A DNA stretch of 64,000 bases from Polyangiaceae bacterium (GCA_044376115.1 JBILLK010000003.1:384001-448000), one strand, 5' to 3'. Positions 51,404-61,746 are shown, counted from the first letter of the stretch. Notes: generated from the sequence alone by a model not told the origin. A program made the numbers and translations.

Positions 51404-52054
51404 ATGACCATCACGCGGATGTTTCCGGCCGCTTGCCTGTGCATCGTAGCCTGCGGCTCAGCTCAAACCGGCACTCGAGACGAAGCCGATCGAGGGGATG
51501 ACCTCCTGGAGGAGGCGCCTCCCACCGCAACGGCCGCGCCCAAACCCCCCGCGCCCACTGCATCGACCAAGCCGGAGCCCAGCGCAGACCCGAACGCCGT
51601 TAGCTCTTTTGCTGCAGCGCCTATGGCCGACTTCGTCGGCAGCACTCTGCGCCTCACCTACGAAGGCGCTACCGCGACGCTCGCGGATAGCGCGCTGGTC
51701 CCCTCTGGAAAGACCTTCATCTTGCGGTTTCAACAGCCCGCTGCCAACGGCGCGCACGTCTTCAAGCTCATGCCGAAAGAGCTCGCGGCCGGTGTCCCGT
51801 CGAAGATCGAGGGCAAAGGCAGCTTCTTTCTGCAGCTGAGTGACGGCAAGAACGCTGACGGCACTTTCAAGCGAACGGACGTTACTGACTCTTGCGAAGT
51901 GAACGGTACGCTGACCGTTACCGAGCTACCAAAGGCCGGTGGTAAAGCCAAAGGGAGCGTTGACCTAACCATTACCTGCAAAGGCGTTGAGGATCTGCGG
52001 GAGCCGTTTACCCTCAAGGGTGAGTTCAGCGGCGTCCCGCTGATGGCGAAGTAG
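51404..52054 (+). CDS. Hypothetical lipoprotein
   Basis: Lipobox IVAC, Pro/Ala linker, beta-rich domain with one Cys pair. Confidence 0.72.
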   Translation: MTITRMFPAACLCIVACGSAQTGTRDEADRGDDLLEEAPPTATAAPKPPAPTASTKPEPSADPNAVSSFAAAPMADFVGSTLRLTYEGATATLADSALVPSGKTFILRFQQPAANGAHVFKLMPKELAAGVPSKIEGKGSFFLQLSDGKNADGTFKRTDVTDSCEVNGTLTVTELPKAGGKAKGSVDLTITCKGVEDLREPFTLKGEFSGVPLMAK

Positions 52055-52103
52055 TCGCGGAAACGAGGGCGCCTTCATTGCTGGCTTGTGACACTATCCC
52101 GCA

Positions 52104-52808
52104 ATGAAGTTCGCTCGTGCCCTCGGGCTCTCGCTGATGTTGCTCAGTGCAGTAGGCTGTTCTTCCCAGTCCAGCGGCTCCGAGCCAACCGCGCCCGTCC
52201 TCTCGGTGGAGCTGCCATCGGCTGTGGCCCGTTCGGCTGTGCCAGCGCCGTCTGCCACGGCCGAAGCAAAGCCAGTGAACCCCGACGCCCTCGAGTTTGA
52301 CGGCTTCAAGCTCGGGGACAACTACGGCGACAAGGTGCTTGTTCGCGAGCCGTATCAAAAGCCTTGTGACGATGATCCGATCGACAAGAAGCAACAGCGC
52401 TTCATGGTGTACGGCGCTTTGCCTTGCCGCAGGCGGACCTTCCCCGAGGCAACGACGGTGGCCTTCTTTCTGGCCTACGCAGACGACAAGGACTTCAAGC
52501 AGCCGATTGAGGCCCTTGCCTGGCTCGGCGGTAACTACTTTGCGAGCCGCTCAAACTTTCCGGTCCGTACTGGGGAACTGGCCGAGGTCGCGGATAAGGC
52601 GCTCGGCCCAGTGCAGCTGAGCTTCCCCTTAGAAGGAAAAGGCGTTTCCTTGCAGGTGCGGCGTCACTCCGAGCGCATCTGGTCGCTGACCGAGGGCGGC
52701 CGCACTGTTGGCTTCGCGGTGGGTAAGATGCCGAATGACACGGAGCGGGAGCCGTGGCGAGCGCTTTTAGAGATGTATCGGAGCTATACCAAACCCTCGA
52801 AGCAATAG
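52104..52808 (+). CDS. Hypothetical lipoprotein
   Basis: Lipobox AVGC, Pro/Ala linker, globular domain with one Cys pair. Confidence 0.72.
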   Translation: MKFARALGLSLMLLSAVGCSSQSSGSEPTAPVLSVELPSAVARSAVPAPSATAEAKPVNPDALEFDGFKLGDNYGDKVLVREPYQKPCDDDPIDKKQQRFMVYGALPCRRRTFPEATTVAFFLAYADDKDFKQPIEALAWLGGNYFASRSNFPVRTGELAEVADKALGPVQLSFPLEGKGVSLQVRRHSERIWSLTEGGRTVGFAVGKMPNDTEREPWRALLEMYRSYTKPSKQ

Positions 52809-52811
52809 CGT

Positions 52812-54002
52812 CTAGGCGTGGGCTGCGGCCACGTCACCGGACAGCGCTGCGCGGAGCACTCGTTCGGCTTGGGCCACATTGCACGGTACCGGGTTCGATC
52901 CGAGGGAAGGGTCATTCATCGACATCTCGGCGATGAGCTTGAGCTTCTCCTCGCTGAGTCCTTCCACCTCGGCGAGCGTATGCGGCATACCAACCTCTTT
53001 GCGCAGTTGTAGTAGCCAGCCCATGACCGCATCCACGCCGGTTCCCTCGAGGTTGAGCGCGCGGCTGAGATGCTGCATTTTCTCTTCCACCGCCGCTCGA
53101 TTGAACTCGAGCACGTAGGGCATGAAGATGGCGTTGGCCGTCCCGTGATGAAGCCCCAGCAAGCCGCCAATCGGGTGGGACAGCGCATGCACGAGACCGA
53201 GCCCCTTCTGAAACGCCGTAGCGCCCATCGTCGCCGCCATCAACATATGCGTACGCGCCGTCAGATCGGCGCCGTCACGAACCGCGATAGGCAGATAGCG
53301 CGAGATCAGCCGCATCGCCTCGACCGCGATACCGTCGGCCATGGGGTGATAGCCCGGGGCGCAATACGCCTCGAAGGCATGGGCCAGGGCGTCCATCCCG
53401 GTCGCGGCCGTAAGCCTTTGCGATAGCCCCGCCGTTAGCTCCGGATCGGCCAGGACGAGAGATGGCAAGAGCCGCGGGTGGAAGATGATCTTCTTTGCGT
53501 GATCCCGCGGATCAGCGATGACGCCACAACGACCAACCTCTGAGCCAGTGCCGGCCGTGGTCGGAATGGCGATCATCTTGACGACCTTATCGGGGTCAGC
53601 CCGTTTGAAGTTATCCCCAATATCCTCATAGTCGAAGACCGTCCCTGGGTTGTGAGCGAGCAGCGCTACACACTTACCAACGTCCATGGCCGAGCCGCCG
53701 CCGCAGAGGACGATGCCGTCGGCGTTGGCGGCGCGGAAGGCCTCGAGACCACGGCTGACGTCCTCATCACTTGGGTTGGGCGTCACCTCGGAGAAGACGG
53801 CGCCCAAGAGGCCCGCCTCTTTCAGCCCAGCCTCCAAGCGAGCGAACCACGGTAGGGCTCGCACGCCAGGATCCGTGCAAAGCAGCACGCGCGTAAAGCC
53901 GAGCTCCCGACAGGCCGCGGGCAGCTCTGCGACGATACCGACGCCGATACGGAAGGGGGTGGGGTAGTTGGAACGGCCGCGCGGAGTCTCAGAGTTTTGC
54001 AT
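52812..54002 (-). CDS. Iron-containing alcohol dehydrogenase
   Basis: GGGSAMD, PTTAGTGSE, DALAHAFE, HALSH, HHG. Confidence 0.93.
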   Translation of the reverse strand: MQNSETPRGRSNYPTPFRIGVGIVAELPAACRELGFTRVLLCTDPGVRALPWFARLEAGLKEAGLLGAVFSEVTPNPSDEDVSRGLEAFRAANADGIVLCGGGSAMDVGKCVALLAHNPGTVFDYEDIGDNFKRADPDKVVKMIAIPTTAGTGSEVGRCGVIADPRDHAKKIIFHPRLLPSLVLADPELTAGLSQRLTAATGMDALAHAFEAYCAPGYHPMADGIAVEAMRLISRYLPIAVRDGADLTARTHMLMAATMGATAFQKGLGLVHALSHPIGGLLGLHHGTANAIFMPYVLEFNRAAVEEKMQHLSRALNLEGTGVDAVMGWLLQLRKEVGMPHTLAEVEGLSEEKLKLIAEMSMNDPSLGSNPVPCNVAQAERVLRAALSGDVAAAHA

Positions 54003-54050
54003 GGGGTTCTCAGGCAGAAAGGTGTTGGAGCCAGAAGGACGAATAGCGAG

Positions 54051-55430
54051 TTAGATAATCTCGAAGTAGCGAGCAAGCTCCCAATCGGAGACATGTTTCT
54101 TGTACTCGCGTACCTCCCAATTACGGGTAGCGACGAAGTGATCGACGAAGCCTGAGCCAAAGAGCTCGCGAGCGGCTTGTGAAGCCTCGAGCCGTTGGGC
54201 GGCCTCCTCCAGCGAGGAGGGGATCTTGGCCGCGAGCTCCTGCGGCGCTTGATAGGCATTGCCAAGTACAGGCGGGCCGAGCTCGAGCTGCTCCTCGATT
54301 CCGCGCAGGCCGGTGCCTAGCGCCGCGGCGAGCGCAAGATACGGGTTCGCGTCGGCCGGCCCGATGCGGAACTCCACGCGTTGGCTCTTCTCGCTACCTG
54401 GAATGACCCGTAGCGCGGTGGTTCGGTTCTCGACGCCCCAGCTCGAGGTGGTCGGCGCCCACATCCCGGGCACGAGCCGGCGATAGTCGTTGATGGTGGG
54501 GCAGACCATCGCCAAAATCTCCGGCAAGTACTTCACCTGCCCGGCGACGAAGGAGCGCATCGTCTTCGACATCGAGTGGGGGCTGCCCGCCTCGTAGAAG
54601 GCGCTCTTCCCGTCGCTCTTATTGAATAGCGATAGATGGATATGCCCGCTCTGTCCCGGAACCCCGGCGTTCCACTTGGCCATGAAGGTCGCGAGCAGGC
54701 CGCGCCGTTGGGCTAGGATCTTGGTGAAGGTCTTGAACAAGGTCGCGCGGTCAGCGGCCTCCCGAACCTCCACCACGCGGAGTGCCGCTTCCAACACGCC
54801 CGGCCCCGTCTCGGTGTGGAGCCCTTCGATCGGGCAGCGCAGCGCTACCATGGTATCGAGTAGCTCGTGGTAGAGCTCGGCGTGCACGCCGCTACGCAAC
54901 ATCGAGTAGCCGAACATGCCCGGCGTAAACGGCTTCAAATCGCGATAGCCCTTGGCCCGCGCGGATTCCGGCGTCTCCTGAAATAGGAAGAACTCGTATT
55001 CGAGCGCGCCCCAAACGTCGAAGCCGAGCGAGGCCGCGCGCCCAGCGATATTGTGGAGCACGCTGCGCGCGCAGGCATCGGCGTAACTATCAACGAAGCT
55101 GCCGAGCAATAAGATGGTATCCGGCTCGAAGGGGACGCGCCGCAAGGTGCCTAAGTCCAGCTTGACCGGGGCATCGCGGTAGCCGGTATGCCAGCCGGCT
55201 ACTTTGGTATTGTCGTAAAGGACGTCCCCGCTGTCCCAGCCGACGACGACATCACAAAAGCCGAAGCCCTTCTCGGCGCAGGCCAAGAACTTCGACTTCT
55301 CGACGTACTTGCCGCGCAAAATCCCGTCGATGTCAGTGACAGCCATTTTGAAACGGCGAATACCGTTGGCTTCGATCCACGCCGAGAGTTCCTCGACCGT
55401 CTTCACCTTCGTTATGTCGGATTCGCTCAT
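54051..55430 (-). CDS. Glutamine synthetase-like gamma-glutamyl ligase
   Basis: DIDGILRGK, EYEFF, HTETGPG, GQSGHIHLSL, ENRTTALR, VEFR.GPADANPY. Confidence 0.9.
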   Translation of the reverse strand: MSESDITKVKTVEELSAWIEANGIRRFKMAVTDIDGILRGKYVEKSKFLACAEKGFGFCDVVVGWDSGDVLYDNTKVAGWHTGYRDAPVKLDLGTLRRVPFEPDTILLLGSFVDSYADACARSVLHNIAGRAASLGFDVWGALEYEFFLFQETPESARAKGYRDLKPFTPGMFGYSMLRSGVHAELYHELLDTMVALRCPIEGLHTETGPGVLEAALRVVEVREAADRATLFKTFTKILAQRRGLLATFMAKWNAGVPGQSGHIHLSLFNKSDGKSAFYEAGSPHSMSKTMRSFVAGQVKYLPEILAMVCPTINDYRRLVPGMWAPTTSSWGVENRTTALRVIPGSEKSQRVEFRIGPADANPYLALAAALGTGLRGIEEQLELGPPVLGNAYQAPQELAAKIPSSLEEAAQRLEASQAARELFGSGFVDHFVATRNWEVREYKKHVSDWELARYFEII

Positions 55431-55452
55431 GGGGACCTCGCGGGTTTCAGTT

Positions 55453-56838
55453 TCAGGGCAAGCGGAAGTGGAAGTTCTTCGGCCGGGTGACGGCGAGGAA
55501 CCCCAGCGGCGACAAGGACGACCCAGTGCCTGAATCTTTGGTTCCGGTCCACGGCATCTCCGGGTCGAGGTAGTCGCAGCGATTCATAAATACGGTGCCC
55601 ACCTCCAGGCTTCGGCCGATGCGTTCGGCGCGCGCTGCGTCCTTGGTCCAAATCGAGGCGGTGAGGCCGTAAGGTTGGTCGTTGGTCAACCGAATCGCCT
55701 CTTCATCGCTGTTGAAGCCAGCAACGCCCAAGGCCGGGCCGAAGGTCTCTTCGCGCATGAGCAAGCTATCGGGAGCAGCCTGGTCAATCAGCTCCGGCGC
55801 GAGGTAACACCCACTTAGCGTGGGAACGTTGAAGCTGGCCGCGTCGACGATGCGTTTACCGCCCTTGGCCAGCGCGTCACTTACGTGGGCGCGCACTCGC
55901 TCGGCGGCGGCCTCATTGACGACAGGGCCCAACGTGGTGCCATCCTCCAGCGGGTTACCAACGACGTACTTCTTGATCAACTCGGCGGCGGCCTCGACGA
56001 AGCGAGCTCGCAGCGACTCATGCACCAATACCCGTTTGACCGCGCAACAGGACTGACCCGAGTTGTAGAACGCACCGTCCACAGCGTTCTCCACCGCCGA
56101 GTCAAAGTCGCAATCCGGCAGGATGATCGCCGGATCATTGCCGCCGAGCTCGAGCCCGACCGGCGTAAAGCCTTGGGCTGCGGCGGCCCGTGAAATCTCA
56201 TGACCACCGCGCACCGACCCAGTGAAGGCCACATAGCCGAAGAGGCGCTCGGCCAAGAGCGCAGCCACCGTTTCGTGGCTGGCCGGTAAATAGGTAACCA
56301 GGCCCTTCGGCGCGCCGGCCTCCTCGAAGGCCCGCGCGAGTTGGGCTCCGACCCCCATGGTCTGCGGAGCGTGTTTGATCACCACCGAGTTGCCGGCGAG
56401 CACCGCGGCGAAGAGCGCGTTGGTTGGGACCAATAGCGGGTAGTTCCAGGCGGCTACCACCAATACGACGCCGACCGGCTCGCGCGTCGTAAAGCGATTG
56501 AAGCCCGCCTTCTCTTTGGGATGGTTGTCGGCGAGGGCGCTCGGCGCCATTTCAACGAGCGCGTTCACACGCTCTTTCATCGAACGTTGGTATTCTCCGC
56601 GGGCCTGACCGACGGGCTTGCCCATCATGCGAGTAATTGCGCGGGCATGTTCGTCGAGGTGATCGCCGTAACGTTCGTAGGCGGCTAGGCAGAGCGCCTG
56701 TCTCGCCTCGAGCGAGAGCGCTGCCACTTCACGCTGGGCCGAGGCGGCTTGCGCGACCAGCTTGCGGGCTTCTTCGAGGGAGGGTTCTTCGTAGCTGAAG
56801 GCGACGGATCGATCGACGGGGCTCGTGATGGAAGGCAT
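55453..56838 (-). CDS. Aldehyde dehydrogenase
   Basis: WNYP, FTGSV, LELGG, NSGQSCCA, EETFGP. Confidence 0.94.
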   Translation of the reverse strand: MPSITSPVDRSVAFSYEEPSLEEARKLVAQAASAQREVAALSLEARQALCLAAYERYGDHLDEHARAITRMMGKPVGQARGEYQRSMKERVNALVEMAPSALADNHPKEKAGFNRFTTREPVGVVLVVAAWNYPLLVPTNALFAAVLAGNSVVIKHAPQTMGVGAQLARAFEEAGAPKGLVTYLPASHETVAALLAERLFGYVAFTGSVRGGHEISRAAAAQGFTPVGLELGGNDPAIILPDCDFDSAVENAVDGAFYNSGQSCCAVKRVLVHESLRARFVEAAAELIKKYVVGNPLEDGTTLGPVVNEAAAERVRAHVSDALAKGGKRIVDAASFNVPTLSGCYLAPELIDQAAPDSLLMREETFGPALGVAGFNSDEEAIRLTNDQPYGLTASIWTKDAARAERIGRSLEVGTVFMNRCDYLDPEMPWTGTKDSGTGSSLSPLGFLAVTRPKNFHFRLP

Positions 56839-57019
56839 GGCGGCGCAAGACTACAGCTCCGTTGGGCGGCTTGCGGTAGCTTGTTCTTGTCGAGGCGACC
56901 AGCTGCGGCCGGTTCGGGTGCGGATGTGTGCAGCTGTGCCACATGCCCGAGCTAACCAAAGTCGTTCGCGGCCCAGCGAGTGCGGCAGTCGGCGCAAAAC
57001 TCCACTAAAGTCCGCCTCC

Positions 57020-57844
57020 ATGTCGACGACGTCTGCGGCCCCGACCCTCGGTCTAACGACTGCGGATCGCAAAGCTCTTTCGGAGCTCGCGGCTACGTAT
57101 GAACGCAAGTTGGATGTGTCGGTGGTGGCGTTGCTACAGGAGGCACAGCAGTTGGCTGCAGCGCTGGTCAAGCTGGGCGACGCGCTCGTGGAACGTACGC
57201 TGATCGCCGCTGACGCAGGGGCGCAACTCGATCTGCGACGGCAACGGCTCGAGGCGGCTGAACTCGACTGGAAGGCCGTCGGTTCGCGCGTTACGCCCGC
57301 CGTGATCGTGGAGCTACGTGCGCAGGCTCAATTGCGTAAGCGCGACGCGGTGGAGGCGCTGCGTTACTTCGGGCGCGACAACGCGGAGCTGCAACAGGCG
57401 CTCGAGCGCATTGGACGGCGTGTTGGGGACGCCGAGCTGGTGATCGAGCTGCATACCCTGGCCCAAGCGGTCGAGGACAACGCGGCGATCTTGCGCCACG
57501 CCGATCTTCCGAAGGGCGCCGCCGAGCAGCTGCGCGCCCTCGCCGATGAGCTGGATACGCAGCTGGCCAAGCATCGCGTCCGCTCCGATGCCACCCAGGC
57601 GCTTGCGCTGCGCAATCGCGCCTTTTGGCACCTGCGTGAGCTGCTGGAAGAGATCCGCGAGGCGGGCCGCTATGTGTTTCGCAACGACGCGCGAGCGTTA
57701 GCGCTCTTTCGTTCCTCCGCGGCTCGTACGCGTGCACGTCAACGCGCCAATAAGGCGAGTAAAACGCAGGACAGTCCGAGTGACGCGGCGAACCCCGTCT
57801 CCCCGAACCAGACCCCCAGCGGCTGGGGGTCTTCGGGGAACTGA
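57020..57844 (+). CDS. Hypothetical all-helical protein
   Basis: Open frame with GC-rich codon usage; RNRAFWHL...IREAGRYVFRND near the C-terminus. Confidence 0.7.
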   Translation: MSTTSAAPTLGLTTADRKALSELAATYERKLDVSVVALLQEAQQLAAALVKLGDALVERTLIAADAGAQLDLRRQRLEAAELDWKAVGSRVTPAVIVELRAQAQLRKRDAVEALRYFGRDNAELQQALERIGRRVGDAELVIELHTLAQAVEDNAAILRHADLPKGAAEQLRALADELDTQLAKHRVRSDATQALALRNRAFWHLRELLEEIREAGRYVFRNDARALALFRSSAARTRARQRANKASKTQDSPSDAANPVSPNQTPSGWGSSGN

Positions 57845-57859
57845 CCGCTAATAAGCTAT

Positions 57860-60142
57860 TTACTTGTTGAAGCGCGGGCCAACGCCGAGCTCTTGGAGCA
57901 GGCCGTTGGCGTGGGAGACGGCGTCGAGTACCCAAAGGATGTAACGCAGGTCCACGTGGATCGAGCGGGTCACCGAGGGCAGGAAGACCCACGCTTGGGC
58001 CATCGATTCGTAGTTACCGTCGAAGGCCAGGCCGACCAGCTCTCCTTGGGCGTTGAGCGTGGCTGAGCCAGAGTTACCGCCCGTGATATCGAGATCGGTC
58101 AAGAAGTCCACCGGGACCTCGCCGAGCTTCTCATCCACATACGGGCCGAAGTTCTTCTGGTTGACGGCGTCCAATAGCTCTTTGGGCGCGATGAACGGGT
58201 CTTTGCCGGTGTGCTTCTTGGCCACCTCGGATAGCAGGGTAAACGGCGTGTAGACGGCCGCGTCTTTGACCGGCGCATAGCCGCGCACGGTGCCAAAGGT
58301 GACGCGCAAGGTGCGGTTGGCGTCGGGAGCGAGCAGACCGTTCTTCTGTTCGCGCATGGCGGTTACGAAGTCCGGCAGGGCGATTGACATCGCGCCTTCA
58401 CGTCGCTTGTCCCGCTCCTCGAAGTCTTTGACCTTCGAGCGCAGCGCCACAGCGAGCTTGATCAGCGGGTCCTTCGAGGTCTTGAGTTCGGCCTCTTTGG
58501 CGCCTGAAAGCAGCTTCAGCCGCGCCGCCTCATCACCGAGTTTGGTGGTCTGATAAAGGCCGGCGAGCGCCTTATCGATCTCGGCGCTGGTGGGCGCCTT
58601 CTTGTTGACGCCTTTGCCCATCAGCGCCTCGGCGATGCCAGCGCGCTTCTCCGCGGGATAGGCCAGCTCGCGCTCGATGACCAGCTTGAGCACGGCCTTC
58701 TCGATCTCCGGGCTCCATTGCTTGGTCAGCTGCACGAACGAGTTCTCGAGCCGCTTCTGATTGCGATCTTGGTACTCTGGATCGCGCTGGGCGTCGGGTT
58801 TGGCGCGCTCTTCCGCGTTGCGGACAATGGCGTAGGCGGTGGAGAAGCCGCGCACGAGCCGCATGGTTTCACGGATGGTGCGGTCGGCCTCGATCGCCTT
58901 GCGGCTCTCATTGAAGGCCAGCACCGTCTTGTCCACGCTGCCGCCGAACTTGGCTTTGCGTGCCGGGTCTGCGTCGATCCAAGCGAGCAAGGACTTCTCT
59001 GCGGCGGCCTTCTCTGCAGCGACGCCCTTCTTGAGGCCCTCCAGCTGTCCGCGATAGTTGGTTAGCGCGTTGGCCAGACCGCGAATGTTGGTCTCGGCTT
59101 TGATGGCCAGCTCCGGATCCTTCTTGGCTAGCCCCTCGAGCACCGCCAGATACTTCTCGCAGTAGTCGATGATGTACGGGATGTCGTTCTCGACTGCGGC
59201 GTTCATCTCCGCTGCAGTGGCCAGCCGATTGGTGCGAGCCGGGTAGCCAGCCACCATCACGGCGTCCCCTTGGCGCAGGGGCGTCTTCGCCAGGCTGAGC
59301 ACGTGCTTCGGCTTGTAGGGGACGTTGTCCGCGCTGAAGTCCCCGGGCGTGCCGTCCTTCTTCACGTAGGCGCGCAAGAAGGAGAAGTCCCCGGTGTGGC
59401 GCGGCCAGCGCCAGTTATCCACCTCACCGCCGTAGTTGCCAATCCCCTCCGGCGGAGCGAACACCAAGCGCACGTCGCGAATCTCCAGCTGCTCAATCAG
59501 GCGGAACTCAGCTCCGCCGAAGAACTTCTCCACCGAACAACGGATGCCCTCACGGCCTTTCTCGCATTCGGCCACGAGCTTTTTGGAGCGGTCCTCGATC
59601 GCTTGATAGCGCGCCAAGTCGTTGGGCAGGGCGGCCAGGCCTTCACGCACGCTGGCCGAGACATCCTTCATCGACTGGGTCACGAACACGCGCTGGCTGG
59701 GCCCAGCCGAGAGCTCGTCGGCGCGCGTCTTCGCCGCGAAGCCGTCCGTCAGCAGGTTCTTGTCCTTGGTGGCGTTGAACTGCAGCGCGCCGGTCACGCA
59801 ATGGTGATTGGTGATGATGAGACCGTCCGACGAAACGAAGCTCGCCGAGCATCCGCCCAAAGACACAACGGCGCCCAACGGGAACTCGGTCGGCTTGGTC
59901 AACGCGGCCGGATCGATCGTGAAGCCGACGTCTTTCAGATTCTGCGTTTGCAGGGCCAATTGCTCCGGCAACCACATCCCGCCGGGGTTCTCAAACTTGG
60001 TGCGCGGCCCTTCGGCCACGGGGGCCACCGAGGCGCTCGCGCTGGGCGAGGAGGTTTGCTCGGGCATGCGACCGTTGGATGCAGCGGGGCTGCATGCGGC
60101 CAAGAACAGGGCGAACCAAACCGAGGAACTGCACTTCAGCAT
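57860..60142 (-). CDS. S46 family dipeptidyl peptidase (DPP7-like), lipoprotein
   Basis: GGMWLP, GCSASFVS, TNHHC, DNWRWPRHTGDF, DITGGNSGS, FDGN; lipobox LAAC. Confidence 0.94.
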   Translation of the reverse strand: MLKCSSSVWFALFLAACSPAASNGRMPEQTSSPSASASVAPVAEGPRTKFENPGGMWLPEQLALQTQNLKDVGFTIDPAALTKPTEFPLGAVVSLGGCSASFVSSDGLIITNHHCVTGALQFNATKDKNLLTDGFAAKTRADELSAGPSQRVFVTQSMKDVSASVREGLAALPNDLARYQAIEDRSKKLVAECEKGREGIRCSVEKFFGGAEFRLIEQLEIRDVRLVFAPPEGIGNYGGEVDNWRWPRHTGDFSFLRAYVKKDGTPGDFSADNVPYKPKHVLSLAKTPLRQGDAVMVAGYPARTNRLATAAEMNAAVENDIPYIIDYCEKYLAVLEGLAKKDPELAIKAETNIRGLANALTNYRGQLEGLKKGVAAEKAAAEKSLLAWIDADPARKAKFGGSVDKTVLAFNESRKAIEADRTIRETMRLVRGFSTAYAIVRNAEERAKPDAQRDPEYQDRNQKRLENSFVQLTKQWSPEIEKAVLKLVIERELAYPAEKRAGIAEALMGKGVNKKAPTSAEIDKALAGLYQTTKLGDEAARLKLLSGAKEAELKTSKDPLIKLAVALRSKVKDFEERDKRREGAMSIALPDFVTAMREQKNGLLAPDANRTLRVTFGTVRGYAPVKDAAVYTPFTLLSEVAKKHTGKDPFIAPKELLDAVNQKNFGPYVDEKLGEVPVDFLTDLDITGGNSGSATLNAQGELVGLAFDGNYESMAQAWVFLPSVTRSIHVDLRYILWVLDAVSHANGLLQELGVGPRFNK

Positions 60143-60348
60143 GCCCCCGCTTACTTCTCTCCTGAGGCCGGGGCAACTCGCGCAAAGGCTCTTGGAGGCC
60201 ATCGAGTTCGGCCGCTTCTGAGGGCGCGAAAGAGCCAGTGGGCGACTCCAAGGGCCGTACCAGGCGCGACGATGGGTTCTATAAAACGACCCAACAAAAT
60301 TAAAATACGACGATTGCTATAGTAGATGCGACACTATCTCAAGACGAG

Positions 60349-60375
60349 AAAAGCCGGGCTTGCGACCCGGCTTTC
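60349..60375 (-). terminator. Intrinsic terminator after preA
   Basis: Minus strand GAAAGCCGGG-TCGCAAG-CCCGGCTTTT. Confidence 0.7.
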
Positions 60376-60399
60376 GTCCCGAAGCGAGACCGCCTCGGC

Positions 60400-61746
60400 T
60401 CAGTCGTGGATGCCGCCGGGCACCTTGTCCCGGCCTTCTTTTACGCGCTGATTCCAGGTGTCTCCGGTGGACTGACGTTCTTCCGCCATGGTGATGCAGC
60501 CTGCGACGGGGCAGACCAACTGGCAGAGGTTGCAACCAACGCACTCCGGCTCATCCACCCAAGGCAAGCGATCTCCTGCGATGGTTCCGAGCACGAACGG
60601 CTTGGGAGGAGCCGCCTTGCCGTGCGTGTGGGCGTGCGGCGGACGCTGCTTCTCCTCATTGCCGGTGAAGATGCATTGATGAGCGCCGTCATTGCAGGCG
60701 GTAACGCACAGCTGACAGCCGATGCAGGTCTTCGGATCGATCTTGGCGACGAGCTTGTAGCCGAGGTCCAGGTCGCCCCAATCTTGGTAGGCCGGGACAG
60801 CTTTGCTCTGCAGCTCAGCCACGCTCTTCATCCCCTTTTCGTCGAGGAAGTTGGAGAGACCTTCAATCATGTCCTCCACGATGCGGTAGCCGTAATGCAT
60901 GACGGCGGTGCACACCTGAACCGAGGTTGACCCGAGCGCGAGGAACTCGGCTGCGTCCTTCCAATTGGAGATACCGCCAATGCCCGAGATCGGCACTTTG
61001 ATGCGGGGGTTGGCGGCCAACGCGGCGAGCAGATGCAAGGCGATGGGCTTGACCGCCGGCCCGCAGTAACCGCCGTTGGTGGAGCCGTTGCCGACGCGCG
61101 GGAGCGGCACCATCCGGTCCAGATCGACGCCGACGATGCTCTTGATGGTGTTGATGAGCGAGATGCCGTCAGCACCGCCTGCAACGGCGGCCAGGCCTGC
61201 CTCCTCGATGTCACCGGTGTTGGGCGTTAGTTTGACCAGCACCGGCGTTTTGGCGAATTGCTTCGTCCAGCTGGTGATCTCGGTGATGAGCTTGGGCTCC
61301 TGACCCACCGAAGAGCCCATGCCGCGCTCACACATACCGTGCGGACAGCCGAAGTTGAGCTCCAGCCCGTCCACGCCGGCGTCCTCACACTTCTGAATCA
61401 GCACCCGCCAATCCTCTTTGGTCTCGGTCATCAGCGAGGCAATGACGACGTGTTTGGGGTAACGCCGTTTGACCTCGCGGATCTCCTTCAGGTTCACCTC
61501 CAGCGGCCTATCGGTGATGAGCTCAATGTTGTTGAGGCCCATCATCTTGTAGGTGCCGAGATCCACCGAGCCGAAGCGGCTCGAAACGTTGACGATGGGG
61601 TCGCCCAGCGTCTTCCACACTGCGCCGCCCCAACCTGCGTCGAAGGCGCGCATGACCTGCTCGCCGGTGTTGGCGGGCGGCGCCGAAGCGAGCCAGAAAG
61701 GGTTTGGGCTCTTGATGCCTGCAAAGGTGACGGAAAGGTCAGCCAT
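60400..61746 (-). CDS. preA: NAD-dependent dihydropyrimidine dehydrogenase subunit PreA
   Basis: NPFWLASAPP, NNIELITDR, NFGCPHGM, two CxxCxxCxxxC motifs. Confidence 0.95.
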   Translation of the reverse strand: MADLSVTFAGIKSPNPFWLASAPPANTGEQVMRAFDAGWGGAVWKTLGDPIVNVSSRFGSVDLGTYKMMGLNNIELITDRPLEVNLKEIREVKRRYPKHVVIASLMTETKEDWRVLIQKCEDAGVDGLELNFGCPHGMCERGMGSSVGQEPKLITEITSWTKQFAKTPVLVKLTPNTGDIEEAGLAAVAGGADGISLINTIKSIVGVDLDRMVPLPRVGNGSTNGGYCGPAVKPIALHLLAALAANPRIKVPISGIGGISNWKDAAEFLALGSTSVQVCTAVMHYGYRIVEDMIEGLSNFLDEKGMKSVAELQSKAVPAYQDWGDLDLGYKLVAKIDPKTCIGCQLCVTACNDGAHQCIFTGNEEKQRPPHAHTHGKAAPPKPFVLGTIAGDRLPWVDEPECVGCNLCQLVCPVAGCITMAEERQSTGDTWNQRVKEGRDKVPGGIHD

